Shown here one piece after another: positions 17,465 through 27,929 of a stretch of DNA of 64,000 nt. Made by a program: the position numbers and the translations under genes. Within the stretch, counting starts at the first letter, position 1; each line of letters starts with the position of its first letter. The stretch is taken from positions 6,091 through 70,090 of the forward strand of contig CBCPMW010000008.1 of NCBI GenBank assembly GCA_965120375.1, in the 5' to 3' direction. Origin of the DNA: an uncultured Eubacteriales bacterium (GTDB lineage: Bacteria; Bacillota; Clostridia; Oscillospirales; Acutalibacteraceae). A model generated the notes under the pieces. The model did no database searches. It worked only from the letters and a program-made list of their open reading frames with translations, and was not told the origin of the DNA.

Positions 17465-19594
17465 GTGGGAAAAGATAAATTTAACAAAGATGAAATGCCT
17501 TTTAATAACAGAGAGCTTAGCTGGATTGGTTTTAATGAAAGAGTGCTTGATGAAGCTATGAATGAAAGTAACCCTATAATGGAACGAGCACATTTTTTGT
17601 CTATTACGGCATCTAATCTTGATGAATTTTTTATGGTGAGAGTAGCTGGAGTAATGGATAAAAAAATTGATAAACCTAAAAATAAAGACGTTTCTGGGTT
17701 TAAACCAAAAAAACTTTTGAATGCACTTACAATTAAAATACATAAATTTTACGATAAGCAGTATGACTGCTTTTTTAATCAAATAGTGCCTTCCTTTGAG
17801 GAAAACGATATACATTTTTTAAAATGGGATCAATTGAGTTTAGAGCAGATGGATTATGTAGAACAATATTTTGAAAAGACTATATTTCCAGTTTTGACTC
17901 CCATGGCTGTCGATACAGGTAGACCGTTTCCATTTTTATCAAACAGAAGTCTTAATATTGCTGTAGAACTTAGAAAAGATAATGATTTATTATTTGGAAT
18001 AGTGCAAGTTCCGTCGATATTACCAAGATATTGCTTGATTCCAAGTATGTCGGGAAAAACATATATGTTTCTAGAAGATATAATTACTGGGAAGCTTCCA
18101 AGACTTTTTGAATTTTATAATGTACATTCGAGCTGTACATTTAGGATAACTAGAGATTCTGATTTAGAGATAAATTCAGAAGCTAAAAATCTATTAACTG
18201 AGGTAGAAAACTCTATAAAAATGAGAGTACGTGGGGATGTAGTAAGACTAGAAATAGGAAATCGAAAAAATAAAGACATAAAAAAGTTTTTGGTAAGCAC
18301 ATTAAATGTCGGGAAAAAAGAGATATACGAGGTAGACGGGCCGATAGATCTAAGTTTTCTTGCAAAATTTTATAGTGAACAAGATGAAAAAAAATTAAAA
18401 TTTAAACCATTAGAACAAGTAAATCCTCCGTATGATTTTGTTGGTTGTAACGATATATTTCAAGCAATAAGAGAAAAAGATAGAATGGTTTGTCACCCAT
18501 TTGAAAGTTTTGATTGGGTTACTAAATTTGTGGAATCCGCTGCAGAAGATAAAAATGTTCTGGCCATTAAACAAGTTCTTTATAGGGTAAGTGGTAATTC
18601 CCCTATTATTGATGCTTTAATAAGGGCTGCAGAAAATGGAAAACAAGTTACTGTTTTAGTTGAACTTAGAGCGAGATTTGATGAAGAAAATAATATAAGC
18701 TGGGCAAAAAAATTAGAAAAAGCAGGATGTCATGTAATATATGGACTTGCGGATTTAAAAACTCACTGTAAAGTTATATTAGTTGTAAGAAAAGAAGACA
18801 ATTGTATCAGGCGCTATATTCACATGGGAACTGGGAATTATAACGATAAAACGGCTAAAATTTACACTGATGTTGGTGTGTTTACATGTAAGAATGAATA
18901 CGGTTCTGATGCGTCTTTGCTTTTTAATTCTATAACTGGATATTTTAGTAATGCAAAATATCAAAAAATGATAGTAGCTCCAAGATATATGAGGGAATTT
19001 TTTGAAAAAATGATAAAAAATGAAACTAAAAATGCAAGTAAAGGAATTAAAAGTAGAATCATTATTAAGGTCAATTCTCTAGTTGACAAAAAACTTATAA
19101 AAGAACTTTATAGGGCGTCTAACGCAGGAGTTAAAATACAACTTATAGTGCGCGGAGTTTGTTCTTTAGTTCCGGGGCTTAGGGGTTATAGCGAAAATAT
19201 AAAAGTTAGGAGTATAGTCGGAAGATTTTTGGAACACAGTAGAATATTTTATTTTGAAAATGCAGGAAAACCTAAAATATATATGGGAAGCGCCGATCTT
19301 ATGCCACGTAACTTAGACAGAAGAGTGGAAGTTGTTTTCCCGATTGATTCCCATGATCTAAGAAAGAGAACTGTTAAAATTATAAATATGCTTCTTAAAG
19401 ATACAAGGAATGCAAAAATGCAAGACAAAAAAGGTTTTTACCACTCTGTAAAAAAGAACGGAAAAAACGCATTTGACAGTCAAGCAAAGCTTTTTGAACT
19501 TTTTGAACCTAAAAGTAAGAGCGAAGAGCGTTTTGGAAATAATGTAACGACATTTAAATTACTAAATAGAAAAGATTTGGAAGGGGTTTTGTAA
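17465..19594 (+). CDS. ppk: polyphosphate kinase 1
   Basis: N-terminus is FNNRELSWIGFNERVLDEA, then SNLDEFFMVRV. Two PLD-like HKD regions are present (THCKVILVV... and GRFLEHSRIFYF). Length 709 aa. GTG start follows RBS GGGAGG. Confidence 0.93.
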   Translation: MGKDKFNKDEMPFNNRELSWIGFNERVLDEAMNESNPIMERAHFLSITASNLDEFFMVRVAGVMDKKIDKPKNKDVSGFKPKKLLNALTIKIHKFYDKQYDCFFNQIVPSFEENDIHFLKWDQLSLEQMDYVEQYFEKTIFPVLTPMAVDTGRPFPFLSNRSLNIAVELRKDNDLLFGIVQVPSILPRYCLIPSMSGKTYMFLEDIITGKLPRLFEFYNVHSSCTFRITRDSDLEINSEAKNLLTEVENSIKMRVRGDVVRLEIGNRKNKDIKKFLVSTLNVGKKEIYEVDGPIDLSFLAKFYSEQDEKKLKFKPLEQVNPPYDFVGCNDIFQAIREKDRMVCHPFESFDWVTKFVESAAEDKNVLAIKQVLYRVSGNSPIIDALIRAAENGKQVTVLVELRARFDEENNISWAKKLEKAGCHVIYGLADLKTHCKVILVVRKEDNCIRRYIHMGTGNYNDKTAKIYTDVGVFTCKNEYGSDASLLFNSITGYFSNAKYQKMIVAPRYMREFFEKMIKNETKNASKGIKSRIIIKVNSLVDKKLIKELYRASNAGVKIQLIVRGVCSLVPGLRGYSENIKVRSIVGRFLEHSRIFYFENAGKPKIYMGSADLMPRNLDRRVEVVFPIDSHDLRKRTVKIINMLLKDTRNAKMQDKKGFYHSVKKNGKNAFDSQAKLFELFEPKSKSEERFGNNVTTFKLLNRKDLEGVL

Positions 19595-19633
19595 GTCTTT
19601 TTTAAATTTTTTCATTTCCCAACAAAACCCCTT
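19581..19633. terminator. candidate bidirectional terminator hairpin between convergent genes
   Basis: AAGGGGTTTTGT (19581-19592) is complementary to ACAAAACCCCTT (19622-19633), with T-runs on both sides. The loop is long (29 nt), so support is only moderate. Confidence 0.35.
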
Positions 19634-19683
19634 TTCATATAAAAAATTAAAATTTTGTTGTTTAATTGTACCTAAGGGTTAAT

Positions 19684-20379
19684 CTAACCTATTCCCCAGT
19701 CGGTGTTTTGAAGAAGAATGTCTGCTTTTGGGTTTTTACTAACTTTTGGATATACTTTTGTCATAAATTCATCAATCAAAGCGCGATTAGGTTTTTGTTT
19801 TGTGGTGTTTGGGGTAAAAACATTTAAACTAAAATATTCAAAATGTTTGTTTGCAATCTGGATATCATTTTCAATATCACAAATTTTTTGACCTTCTAGT
19901 CCGACCATTAAACTTACTCCACAGTAATATTTTGCAATATATTCAGGTTTTAAGTCTTGTGGAATACCTTTTTTCCACTTTTCACGAAGCTGTGGGTTAA
20001 AAGATTCAATACCAATTCTAAATTTTAAATTTATTTTGGGAAATAATTCCCTAAATTTGTCAAATTGTGTTCGGAAATTCCATCTAGCTTCAAACCATAT
20101 TGTATGTATATTCCTTTGTAGTACTTTTTTATAAAGATATAAAATTGTTTCTTTGTCAATTTCCATTGCAGAACCAGAGTTGCTTACGTCCAAAATACCG
20201 AATTTTCCTGTTAAACAATCTATTGCATTTTTATTAATTTCAAATGGATTTTCACTTGTATCTAAATAATAATCGCAAAAAATGCACTGTTTCCAGATGC
20301 ATCCTTTCCCTTGAATTAAAATTGATTCACGTGGCATTTTTGTAGTTATTTCAGAGTATCTTACAAGATCGCTTTGCAT
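19684..20379 (-). CDS. putative radical SAM-like enzyme with a non-canonical Cys triad (231 aa)
   Basis: GKGCIWKQCIFCDYY gives a C-x4-C-x2-C triad at aa 27-35, near the N-terminus. It is followed by SNSGS and a TIM-barrel-like alternation of segments. No specific subfamily was recognised. Confidence 0.4.
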   Translation of the reverse strand: MQSDLVRYSEITTKMPRESILIQGKGCIWKQCIFCDYYLDTSENPFEINKNAIDCLTGKFGILDVSNSGSAMEIDKETILYLYKKVLQRNIHTIWFEARWNFRTQFDKFRELFPKINLKFRIGIESFNPQLREKWKKGIPQDLKPEYIAKYYCGVSLMVGLEGQKICDIENDIQIANKHFEYFSLNVFTPNTTKQKPNRALIDEFMTKVYPKVSKNPKADILLQNTDWGIG

Positions 20380-20482
20380 TATTTTATCGTATCTCCCAAT
20401 AATTTAATTTTAGCTAAACCTTAAAAATATTATCATAAACTGTTTTTAATTTCAAGATTTACCTAAAAACTTTTCTTATTTA

Positions 20483-21739
20483 TCAAAAAAGTGCAAATTT
20501 AGAATTAAGCTGGGACTCAATAAATATCAATCTATTATATTTACAAATTCTTTCACCTCTGGCAGGAGCACCAGCTTTTATTTGAAAAGAATTTGTTGCG
20601 ACGGCAATATCAGAAATAGAAGTGTCGTCAGTTTCGCCACTTCTATGAGAAATGATGGTAGAATACCCATTTTTTTGGGCAAATCTAACAGTATCTAAAG
20701 TTTCAGAAAGTGTACCTATTTGATTTGGTTTTATTAAAACTGCATTTCCACTTTCTAAATTTATACCTTTTTTTAAACGGTTTATGTTCGTTACAAATAA
20801 ATCATCGCCAACAATTTGAATTTTATTGTTTGTTTTTTTTCTAAATTTTGCAAAATTTAGAAAATCATCTTCTGAAAATGGATCTTCAATAGAAAAAATA
20901 GGATAATTTTTTATCAAGTTTTCATAGTAATAAAAAAGTTCATCTACACTAACAGGTCTATTTTCTTTAGGAAAAATATAATTATTTTTATTTTTTGCCC
21001 ATTCTGAGGCGGCAATATCCAGACAAATAAATACATCATGTCCTGGCCTGTAACCAGCTTTTTCTATTGACTGAACAATCAAATCGAGAGCCTGGCTATC
21101 TTTTTCTAAATTAGGAGCAAAACCTCCCTCATCTCCAACAGCAGTAGAAAGGTTTTTAGATTTTAATATATCTTTTAAACTGTAATAAATTTCTGTTCCA
21201 ATTTTCATAGCATCTAAAAATGAATGTGCCCCGGATGGAAATATCATAAATTCTTGAATTTCCACGTTGTTATCAGCATGTGCTCCACCATTTAATATAT
21301 TCATCATCGGAATAGGTAAAGTGTTTGCATTTATTCCGCCTATGTACCTATAAAGTTCTAAATTTAGGGATTTTGCCGCAGCTTTTGCACAAGCAAGCGA
21401 GACAGAAAGTATAGCATTTGCGCCAAGTCGGCTTTTGTTTTGAGTTGCATCTTCATCTGTCATTTTTTTGTCTATTTCTGTTTGATTGAAAACAGATATA
21501 CCTTCAAGCAATTGATTTATTACAGTATTTACATTATTTATTGCGTTTTTTACGCCTTTTCCATTGTACTCATTTTTCCCATTGTCCCTTAGTTCTACTG
21601 CTTCATATTTTCCAGTAGATGCTCCAGATGGAACTGAGGCATAAGCGAAAACTCCAGATTCTAAAATTACTTTTGTACATATAGTCGGTATCCCTCTAGA
21701 ATCTAAAATTTGATGTGCCTCAATTTTTTTTATTTTCAT
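20483..21739 (-). CDS. eno: enolase (phosphopyruvate hydratase)
   Basis: N-terminus is IEAHQILDSRGIPTICTKV, then SGASTG..EAVELRD, DIAASE, IVGDDLFVTN, LIKPNQIGTLSET and ISHRSGETDD. Confidence 0.96.
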   Translation of the reverse strand: MKIKKIEAHQILDSRGIPTICTKVILESGVFAYASVPSGASTGKYEAVELRDNGKNEYNGKGVKNAINNVNTVINQLLEGISVFNQTEIDKKMTDEDATQNKSRLGANAILSVSLACAKAAAKSLNLELYRYIGGINANTLPIPMMNILNGGAHADNNVEIQEFMIFPSGAHSFLDAMKIGTEIYYSLKDILKSKNLSTAVGDEGGFAPNLEKDSQALDLIVQSIEKAGYRPGHDVFICLDIAASEWAKNKNNYIFPKENRPVSVDELFYYYENLIKNYPIFSIEDPFSEDDFLNFAKFRKKTNNKIQIVGDDLFVTNINRLKKGINLESGNAVLIKPNQIGTLSETLDTVRFAQKNGYSTIISHRSGETDDTSISDIAVATNSFQIKAGAPARGERICKYNRLIFIESQLNSKFALF

Positions 21740-21826
21740 AAAGATAAACCTACCTTTTTAAATTAAAAATCTAAAAATGCAAAAATTATATAAAAATAAA
21801 TATGCAAGGAACGAGTAATAAAATCA

Positions 21827-23551
21827 TTAATTAAAATCTTTTATTTTTGAGCGAAGGTCAGATTCAATTAGCTCTATTAAAGCTTTAGAATAATTTTTAT
21901 TTTTTCCATTTGTCATAATATAAACTTTGAGTTTAGGTTCAGTTCCTGATGGTCTTATTATTATTTGACTGTCTTCGTCTAAAGTAAACTCTACAATGTC
22001 AAGTTTTGGAAAGTTTAAAAAAGACTTTTGCTTATTAATTAAATTAAGTGAAATTGAGTTTTGGTAGTCGTTTATTGATGCAATCTTTTTATTTCCAATT
22101 GAGTTGAAATCAGGTGGATTTCGGAAATTTTGCATAATTGACTCTATTTTTTTAGATCCTGTAACGCCACTAAACTCAAAAGAAATAGTTTTTTCCAAGT
22201 AAAATCCGTATTTTTCATATAATTTTTCAAGGACATCTATTAATGTATGTGAAATATTTTTGTAAAAAGATGCCATTTCACAAATTAAAAGTGCAGAAGA
22301 GACTGCATCTTTATCCCTGGCATATGTTCCAGTAAGATAGCCATTACTTTCTTCAAATCCAAAAATAAAAGATTTTACTTGATCAATTTTTTCTAAATTT
22401 TCTATCTTTTCACCAATATTTTTAAATCCAGTTGGAACACAAAGAACATTGCAATTATAATCAGAAGCAATTTTATCAATCATTTTACTGCTAACCAAAG
22501 TTCTAATTGCAACAGATTTTTCTGGGAGAACACTTTTTTCCTTTTTTTGCGAAACTATATAGTAAAATAGCAGTATACCGATTTGATTCCCAGTTAACAT
22601 TTGGTATTTTCCATTATGAAAAACCATTATACCGATTCTATCACTATCTGGATCAGTAGCAATTATTATATCTGAGGAATTCTTTTTAGCTTCTTTTGAA
22701 GCAAGATCAAATGTTTGTAAAATCTCAGGATTTGGATATTTACATGTAGGGAAATTACCATCAGGATTTTCTTGAAGTTTTACAATATTCAGATTTTTAA
22801 CACCTGACAATGATAAAACATCTTTTACAAAGTCTCGTCCAGCCCCATTTAAAGGAGTGTACGTAACGTTAATAGGACAATTTACTAAAGCTTCTTTATT
22901 TATAGATTGGTCCAAGACCTGTTTTTTATAATCTAGGTAAATTCCATCTTCAATAAATTTGATGTTTCCTTTTTTTAATTCATTTTCAAAATCTGAAATT
23001 TTTATATCATCAAATATATCAACTTTTTTTATATATTCGTACACTTTTTCAGTAGTTTCAGTCGGCATCTGAGTTCCGTTTTCATTATAACACTTATATC
23101 CGTTATATTCAGCTGGATTATGACTTGCTGTGATCATTATTCCGCAGGTGCATTCTAAATTTCTGGTAGCAAAAGATAAAAATGGAGTGGGAGCAAGTTT
23201 TTTAGTTATAAAAACCTTAATCTTGTTTGCAGCTAGAACCTTTGCAGTTTCTCTAGCAAACAGTTCAGAATTTATCCTTGAATCGAATGAAATGCAAACA
23301 GAAGCAGAAGAACTTTTGTCTAAAATATAATTTGATAATCCCTGAGTAGCTTTTCTTATTGTGTAAATATTCAGCATATTTGTACCAATTCCCATAATTC
23401 CTCTAAGACCTGCTGTACCGAATTTAAGGTCCGATGAAAATCGATCAAAAATTTCAGATTCATTTGATTTTAACTTTTCAAGTTCAGACTTAACTTCCGT
23501 ATTTTTAGAAAAATAATTTAACCAGTAATTAAAAATTTTTTTACATTTCAT
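21827..23551 (-). CDS. alpha-D-phosphohexomutase (phosphoglucomutase/phosphomannomutase, PgcA-like)
   Basis: Active-site loop TASHNPAEYNGYK, metal loop DPDSDR, GFEESNGY and the phosphate-binding motif RPSGTEPK. Length 574 aa. Confidence 0.9.
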   Translation of the reverse strand: MKCKKIFNYWLNYFSKNTEVKSELEKLKSNESEIFDRFSSDLKFGTAGLRGIMGIGTNMLNIYTIRKATQGLSNYILDKSSSASVCISFDSRINSELFARETAKVLAANKIKVFITKKLAPTPFLSFATRNLECTCGIMITASHNPAEYNGYKCYNENGTQMPTETTEKVYEYIKKVDIFDDIKISDFENELKKGNIKFIEDGIYLDYKKQVLDQSINKEALVNCPINVTYTPLNGAGRDFVKDVLSLSGVKNLNIVKLQENPDGNFPTCKYPNPEILQTFDLASKEAKKNSSDIIIATDPDSDRIGIMVFHNGKYQMLTGNQIGILLFYYIVSQKKEKSVLPEKSVAIRTLVSSKMIDKIASDYNCNVLCVPTGFKNIGEKIENLEKIDQVKSFIFGFEESNGYLTGTYARDKDAVSSALLICEMASFYKNISHTLIDVLEKLYEKYGFYLEKTISFEFSGVTGSKKIESIMQNFRNPPDFNSIGNKKIASINDYQNSISLNLINKQKSFLNFPKLDIVEFTLDEDSQIIIRPSGTEPKLKVYIMTNGKNKNYSKALIELIESDLRSKIKDFN

Positions 23552-23742
23552 AAAATATTAAGACCGCCTTTTAAAGTATTTTACCCTAAAGAATTATAAA
23601 TAATTTTTGTTTGTAATTCAATAATAGATAAATTGAATAATAAAATTAAAATTTATACCAAAATAATATTGACATTGCATAAAATAAATGGTAAAATTTC
23701 CATGTAGGGGTTTTTACATGTGTATGGAAGGAGGAGTTTTGT

Positions 23743-24882
23743 ATGAATAAAAGATGGATAATTAAGACTTTAGTTTTGGCAGTTATTACAATACCATTGT
23801 TTTGGTTTGAAGATATAGATGTTTCTGCAAGGTCTGTGGTTAATAGTAACATAGAGTATGAATTGGATGATGATACTCTGACTGCGACTTTGTCAGATGG
23901 TAAAAATTCAGAGTTAAATTTTGAAGTTCCAAGTGAGATTACGGATAAAAAGAAAGTTTACACAGTTAGATGTATAGGTGAGAAGGCGTTTTATGGGTCA
24001 AACATTGAAGGGGTTATTTTACCTGATAGTGTGGAAATAATTGAAGCGGATGCATTTGCGTTTTGTAGCAATTTAAAGGCTATAAGTTTAGGTGAAAATC
24101 TTAAAAAAATTGATGATGAAGCGTTTTTCTGGTCAGGTTTGAATTCCATAAAGGTCCCAGATCATGTTTCGTATATTGGGGATAATGTTTTTGGCAAATG
24201 TACAAAGCTAGTTTCAGCTGAAGTTTTAGGAGGCAGTAATTACATGGGTGAGAGCCTTTTTGAAGGTTGCGTGCTTTTGTCTAGTGTAGTTTTGCCGGAA
24301 AGTTTAATTGAGATACCAGATAAAATGTTTTATGGGTGTGAAAAATTATCTGAAATAGATATTCCAAATACAGTAGAGTTAATTGGTGAAAGTGCTTTTG
24401 GACACTGTATTTTTTCAAAGCTATCTTTACCAGAAAACTTGAAAATAATTGAAAAAAATGCTTTTGAGTATTGTAGTGAAATTAGTTATATATATTTACC
24501 AGATAGTGTAACTACCGTGGGGGACTACGCTTTCGCTAGATGTGAAAATCTTACCTGTATAGAAATTCCAGTTGCGTTACAAAGTATTGGGTACCATGCA
24601 TTTGGTGGTGGCGAGTCGGATGAGTTAACTAGATTAAAAAAAGTTATATGCGTAAAGAACAGTCTTGTAGACAAAACTAAACCTTTTTTCTTCTGGACTC
24701 AATACGGGATCACGTACCCCGAATTTTTCTATAAAGTTTCGGGAGATTCAGTTTCAGGTTCGATATTTGGTCAATATTCTTTGATGGCGTATGTTGGTGT
24801 TGCTGTGATACTGATCGCTGCATTTTTAGTGGTCGTATTAATATTTAAAAAGAACAGATCAGATGACAGTGTTGATATGTAA
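23743..24882 (+). CDS. BspA-type leucine-rich-repeat surface protein with a signal peptide and a C-terminal TM anchor
   Basis: N-terminal signal-like segment. It has repeated units of about 23 aa: I(G/E)xxAFxxCxxLxxIxLPxxLxxI. The C-terminus carries a hydrophobic anchor (VGVAVILIAAFLVVVLIF) followed by KKNR. Confidence 0.75.
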   Translation: MNKRWIIKTLVLAVITIPLFWFEDIDVSARSVVNSNIEYELDDDTLTATLSDGKNSELNFEVPSEITDKKKVYTVRCIGEKAFYGSNIEGVILPDSVEIIEADAFAFCSNLKAISLGENLKKIDDEAFFWSGLNSIKVPDHVSYIGDNVFGKCTKLVSAEVLGGSNYMGESLFEGCVLLSSVVLPESLIEIPDKMFYGCEKLSEIDIPNTVELIGESAFGHCIFSKLSLPENLKIIEKNAFEYCSEISYIYLPDSVTTVGDYAFARCENLTCIEIPVALQSIGYHAFGGGESDELTRLKKVICVKNSLVDKTKPFFFWTQYGITYPEFFYKVSGDSVSGSIFGQYSLMAYVGVAVILIAAFLVVVLIFKKNRSDDSVDM

Positions 24883-24917
24883 ATATACTAAATTAAGTGG
24901 AAGGGTGGATTTAGGCT

Positions 24918-25568
24918 TTGAACTACGCAACAATAACTTTTTTCGATATGTTTTTTAAACTTTTAATATTTACCTTTACTGCACATGCCAGCTTTAAAAA
25001 TAGAAAAACTCTGTTTTTAAAGATACTGGCGTGTGCTTTGGGTTGTTTTTTTCTAGCAAGTTTGTATGACTTTTGTTACTTTTTTTGTCTAAACATTAAG
25101 CCACTAAAATTTACAATAGGCAGACTTGGAGAATTTGGAGGAGTGTTCTTTTTATTTTCCTCTTACTATGGCGCAATGAATAGAATAGGAGATGATAAAC
25201 GAAAAGATTTAGTGAAATTTAAAGCAATATCTTTTCTTTTAGCTTTGTTAAATGTCTTTACCTGTTTAATTCTAAAATTGTATATAGCAAATGTTAGCAA
25301 CTATTCACTTATTTTTTCATTTTGTTCTTCTGCAGTTTTGTATTTTGCGTTTAAAAATTTAATTTTACCGGATATAAGTGGAGGAATACTCGATTCTATC
25401 AGAGCTTATAATTTTTTCATAGTTATTTTTTGTTTTGCTCAAAGCTTACATGGGATACTCATGGTATTCTGGTTGGAAGCAGCGATATTTTTCAAAATTA
25501 TAATATGTTTATGTGAATTGTTTGCAGCTAAATTTGCTTGTGAAGGGGTGAAAAAATGGTTTATATAA
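24918..25568 (+). CDS. polytopic membrane protein, function unknown
   Basis: 216 aa with about six hydrophobic segments. It overlaps the next gene by 13 nt, suggesting translational coupling. TTG start. Confidence 0.55.
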   Translation: MNYATITFFDMFFKLLIFTFTAHASFKNRKTLFLKILACALGCFFLASLYDFCYFFCLNIKPLKFTIGRLGEFGGVFFLFSSYYGAMNRIGDDKRKDLVKFKAISFLLALLNVFTCLILKLYIANVSNYSLIFSFCSSAVLYFAFKNLILPDISGGILDSIRAYNFFIVIFCFAQSLHGILMVFWLEAAIFFKIIICLCELFAAKFACEGVKKWFI

Positions 25569-26170
25569 TTTTTGCATCTGTTGCTCTACCACTTGTACTA
25601 CTTTTGATTATGGCTAAAGGAAAGCAGCGAAATATGATTGGATTTATTGTAATTGGAATAATATGCGCTATCTTATCCTTTGAGATAAACAGTCTGACAA
25701 AATATATTTATAATGTCAACGAGTTTGATTTCAGAGTGTTTGTTTCCCCTATAACAGAAGAAGTAATAAAATTTATACCAATTTTATTTTTTGCAATCCT
25801 TGTTTCCAGGAGAAGAGATATAATAATGCAGTTTTCTATGGCTTTGGGAATAGGATTCGCAATACTTGAAAACATATATCTCTTAGTTGTAAACGCTGAG
25901 TTTGTAAATATATTCTGGGCACTTATGAGAGGACTTTCAACCGGGCTTATGCACGGCATGACCACAGTTGCAGTAAGTTACGGTATAAGTTTTATTAAGA
26001 AAAAAAAGCTTTTTTATACAGGGATTTTAGGGCTTTTATGTCTAGCTTTCACTTACCACGGTATATACAATTTGTTAGTAGAATCTGGGTACGGATATAT
26101 TGGCTTTATGCTTCCTATTTTTACTTATATTTTCATGCTAAACACTATAAAAAAGGTACCTGTACATTAA
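25556..26170 (+). CDS. PrsW-family intramembrane metalloprotease (putative)
   Basis: Polytopic protein with EEVIKF (EExxK), GFAILEN and two His motifs (LMHG, YHGIYN) placed in TM segments, as in PrsW/CPBP-type proteases. Confidence 0.5.
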   Translation: MVYIIFASVALPLVLLLIMAKGKQRNMIGFIVIGIICAILSFEINSLTKYIYNVNEFDFRVFVSPITEEVIKFIPILFFAILVSRRRDIIMQFSMALGIGFAILENIYLLVVNAEFVNIFWALMRGLSTGLMHGMTTVAVSYGISFIKKKKLFYTGILGLLCLAFTYHGIYNLLVESGYGYIGFMLPIFTYIFMLNTIKKVPVH

Positions 26171-27915
26171 TGCACCGCATTTTCGGAAAATTGATTTTGA
26201 TGAAGGTTATAATAAAACCCTTTATTTTCAAGCAAAGCGGAGTGATTGCCTATTTCCACTATTTTACCGTGATTTATCACGACTATTTTATCAGCGTTTT
26301 CTATTGTAGATAGCCTGTGGGCGACAATTATGCTAGTTTTTCCTTGCATAAGTTTGTTGAAAGCGTCTTGGACTTTAAGCTCAGTTCTAGTGTCAATGTT
26401 ACTTGTTGCTTCATCCAAAAGTAGAATTTTAGGTTTTATTAGCATAGTTCGTGCAATTGATAAAAGCTGTTTTTGTCCTTGAGAAATGCTGCAACCGTTT
26501 TCATAGAGTATAGTATCATATCCATCTTCCAGTTTTTTTATAAAGTTGTGGGCATTTGCAAGTTTAGATGCACTTATTATTTCATCAAGCGAAGCATCTG
26601 GTTTTCCGTACGCTATATTATCTCGAACTGATGCATTATAAAGCCATGTATCTTGTAAAATCATACCAAATAAACTTCTTAAATCCTTAAGATCAAAAGC
26701 GTCTATATTAACACCATCAATTTTTATGTTTCCCATACTTGGAGAATAAAAACGCATAAGAAGGTTAATTATGGTTGACTTTCCACACCCAGTTGGACCG
26801 ACTAAAGCGATTCTTTCTCCGGGATTTATATTTAAATTGAAATCACTTATTACAGGTTTTCCTGGTATATATGAGAAGAACAAATTTTCTATTTCTATCT
26901 TACCTTTACAATCAGGAAGTGTTTCATTTCCACTAGATTCATGACTTTCTGAGACTAAATGTATAAATTCTAAATATCTGTTTGTTGACGCAACTGCTTC
27001 TTGGATTTGTGTAATAACACTCATTATGTCGGTGAAAGGACGAGTATACTGGGCAACATAAATTAATATTGAGGATATACCCCCTATGGTTATACTACCT
27101 GATTTAAGTAGTCTATAAACGCTAGCAGTACCTACAGATGCATAAATTATTAGTGATATAAATCTAATAGAAGGATTTGCAGTTGACGATAAAAATTGCG
27201 ATTTAACTCCACATTTATGCATTTTTTCATTTATTTTTTTAAACTTTTCTATAGCCGTGTCTTGAAAATTGAAAGCATTAACTACAATTTGATTTGATAT
27301 CATTTCTTCTGAAAGACTTATAAGCCTACCTTGTGCGTTTGCGTATTCTCTAAAACTTTTGTATGAATATTTTGTAACAAACCATGAAATAAATACAATA
27401 AGAGGAGTTAAAAGTAAAACTAGAAACATTATTTGGGTGCTTATTAGTCCTAAAAGAATTATTGAACCGAGTACTACTGTAATACCGGGAAACACTTGAG
27501 TTAAAAATTGAAAAATACCATCACCTATCATCTCGAGATCATTTATGGTACGGCTGACTATTTCTCCATGTGGAGTGGAATCAATATTATTTAGCGTCGT
27601 AGAATTAACATTTCTAAATATTTTTTCTCTTAAAAGTGTTTCAGTTTTATACGCAAGTAAACCACTATAAAATGCAGATAAAAAACGCGAAACAGTTCCT
27701 ACAACTGTAAAAATTGCAATTATTAATAGATTAAAAAATATATCATCAAATTGAACTTCGCCTGGGTACAAGGCAAAGTCTAAAGTTTTTCCAATTAAAC
27801 CTGAGATAATAAGAGCAGCACTTGTAGCTATAATTTCAGATGCAATAGCAGTAGACAAGCAAAAAGGGAAAAGCTTTATTTTATTTACTATATATTTTAT
27901 AGCATTATTTTTCAT
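26167..27915 (-). CDS. ABC exporter, fused permease/ATPase (type I exporter half-transporter)
   Basis: Six-TM N-terminal domain. NBD motifs are GPTGCGKST (Walker A), ISQGQKQLLSIAR (signature) and LLLDEATS (Walker B). Confidence 0.9.
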   Translation of the reverse strand: MKNNAIKYIVNKIKLFPFCLSTAIASEIIATSAALIISGLIGKTLDFALYPGEVQFDDIFFNLLIIAIFTVVGTVSRFLSAFYSGLLAYKTETLLREKIFRNVNSTTLNNIDSTPHGEIVSRTINDLEMIGDGIFQFLTQVFPGITVVLGSIILLGLISTQIMFLVLLLTPLIVFISWFVTKYSYKSFREYANAQGRLISLSEEMISNQIVVNAFNFQDTAIEKFKKINEKMHKCGVKSQFLSSTANPSIRFISLIIYASVGTASVYRLLKSGSITIGGISSILIYVAQYTRPFTDIMSVITQIQEAVASTNRYLEFIHLVSESHESSGNETLPDCKGKIEIENLFFSYIPGKPVISDFNLNINPGERIALVGPTGCGKSTIINLLMRFYSPSMGNIKIDGVNIDAFDLKDLRSLFGMILQDTWLYNASVRDNIAYGKPDASLDEIISASKLANAHNFIKKLEDGYDTILYENGCSISQGQKQLLSIARTMLIKPKILLLDEATSNIDTRTELKVQDAFNKLMQGKTSIIVAHRLSTIENADKIVVINHGKIVEIGNHSALLENKGFYYNLHQNQFSENAVH

Positions 27916-27929
27916 CCCAAAACCTCCAT

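Noticed and set aside
17360-17815. A 151-aa minus-strand ORF overlapping the start of ppk1
   Set aside because: Its composition is low-complexity and Phe/Ile/Lys-rich, typical of antisense frames in AT-rich DNA, and ppk1 on the plus strand is unambiguous. The same reasoning applies to 13018-13545(-), 44765-45166(-), 48404-48823(-), 55303-55746(-), 56438-56839(+) and the other short antisense ORFs in the track.
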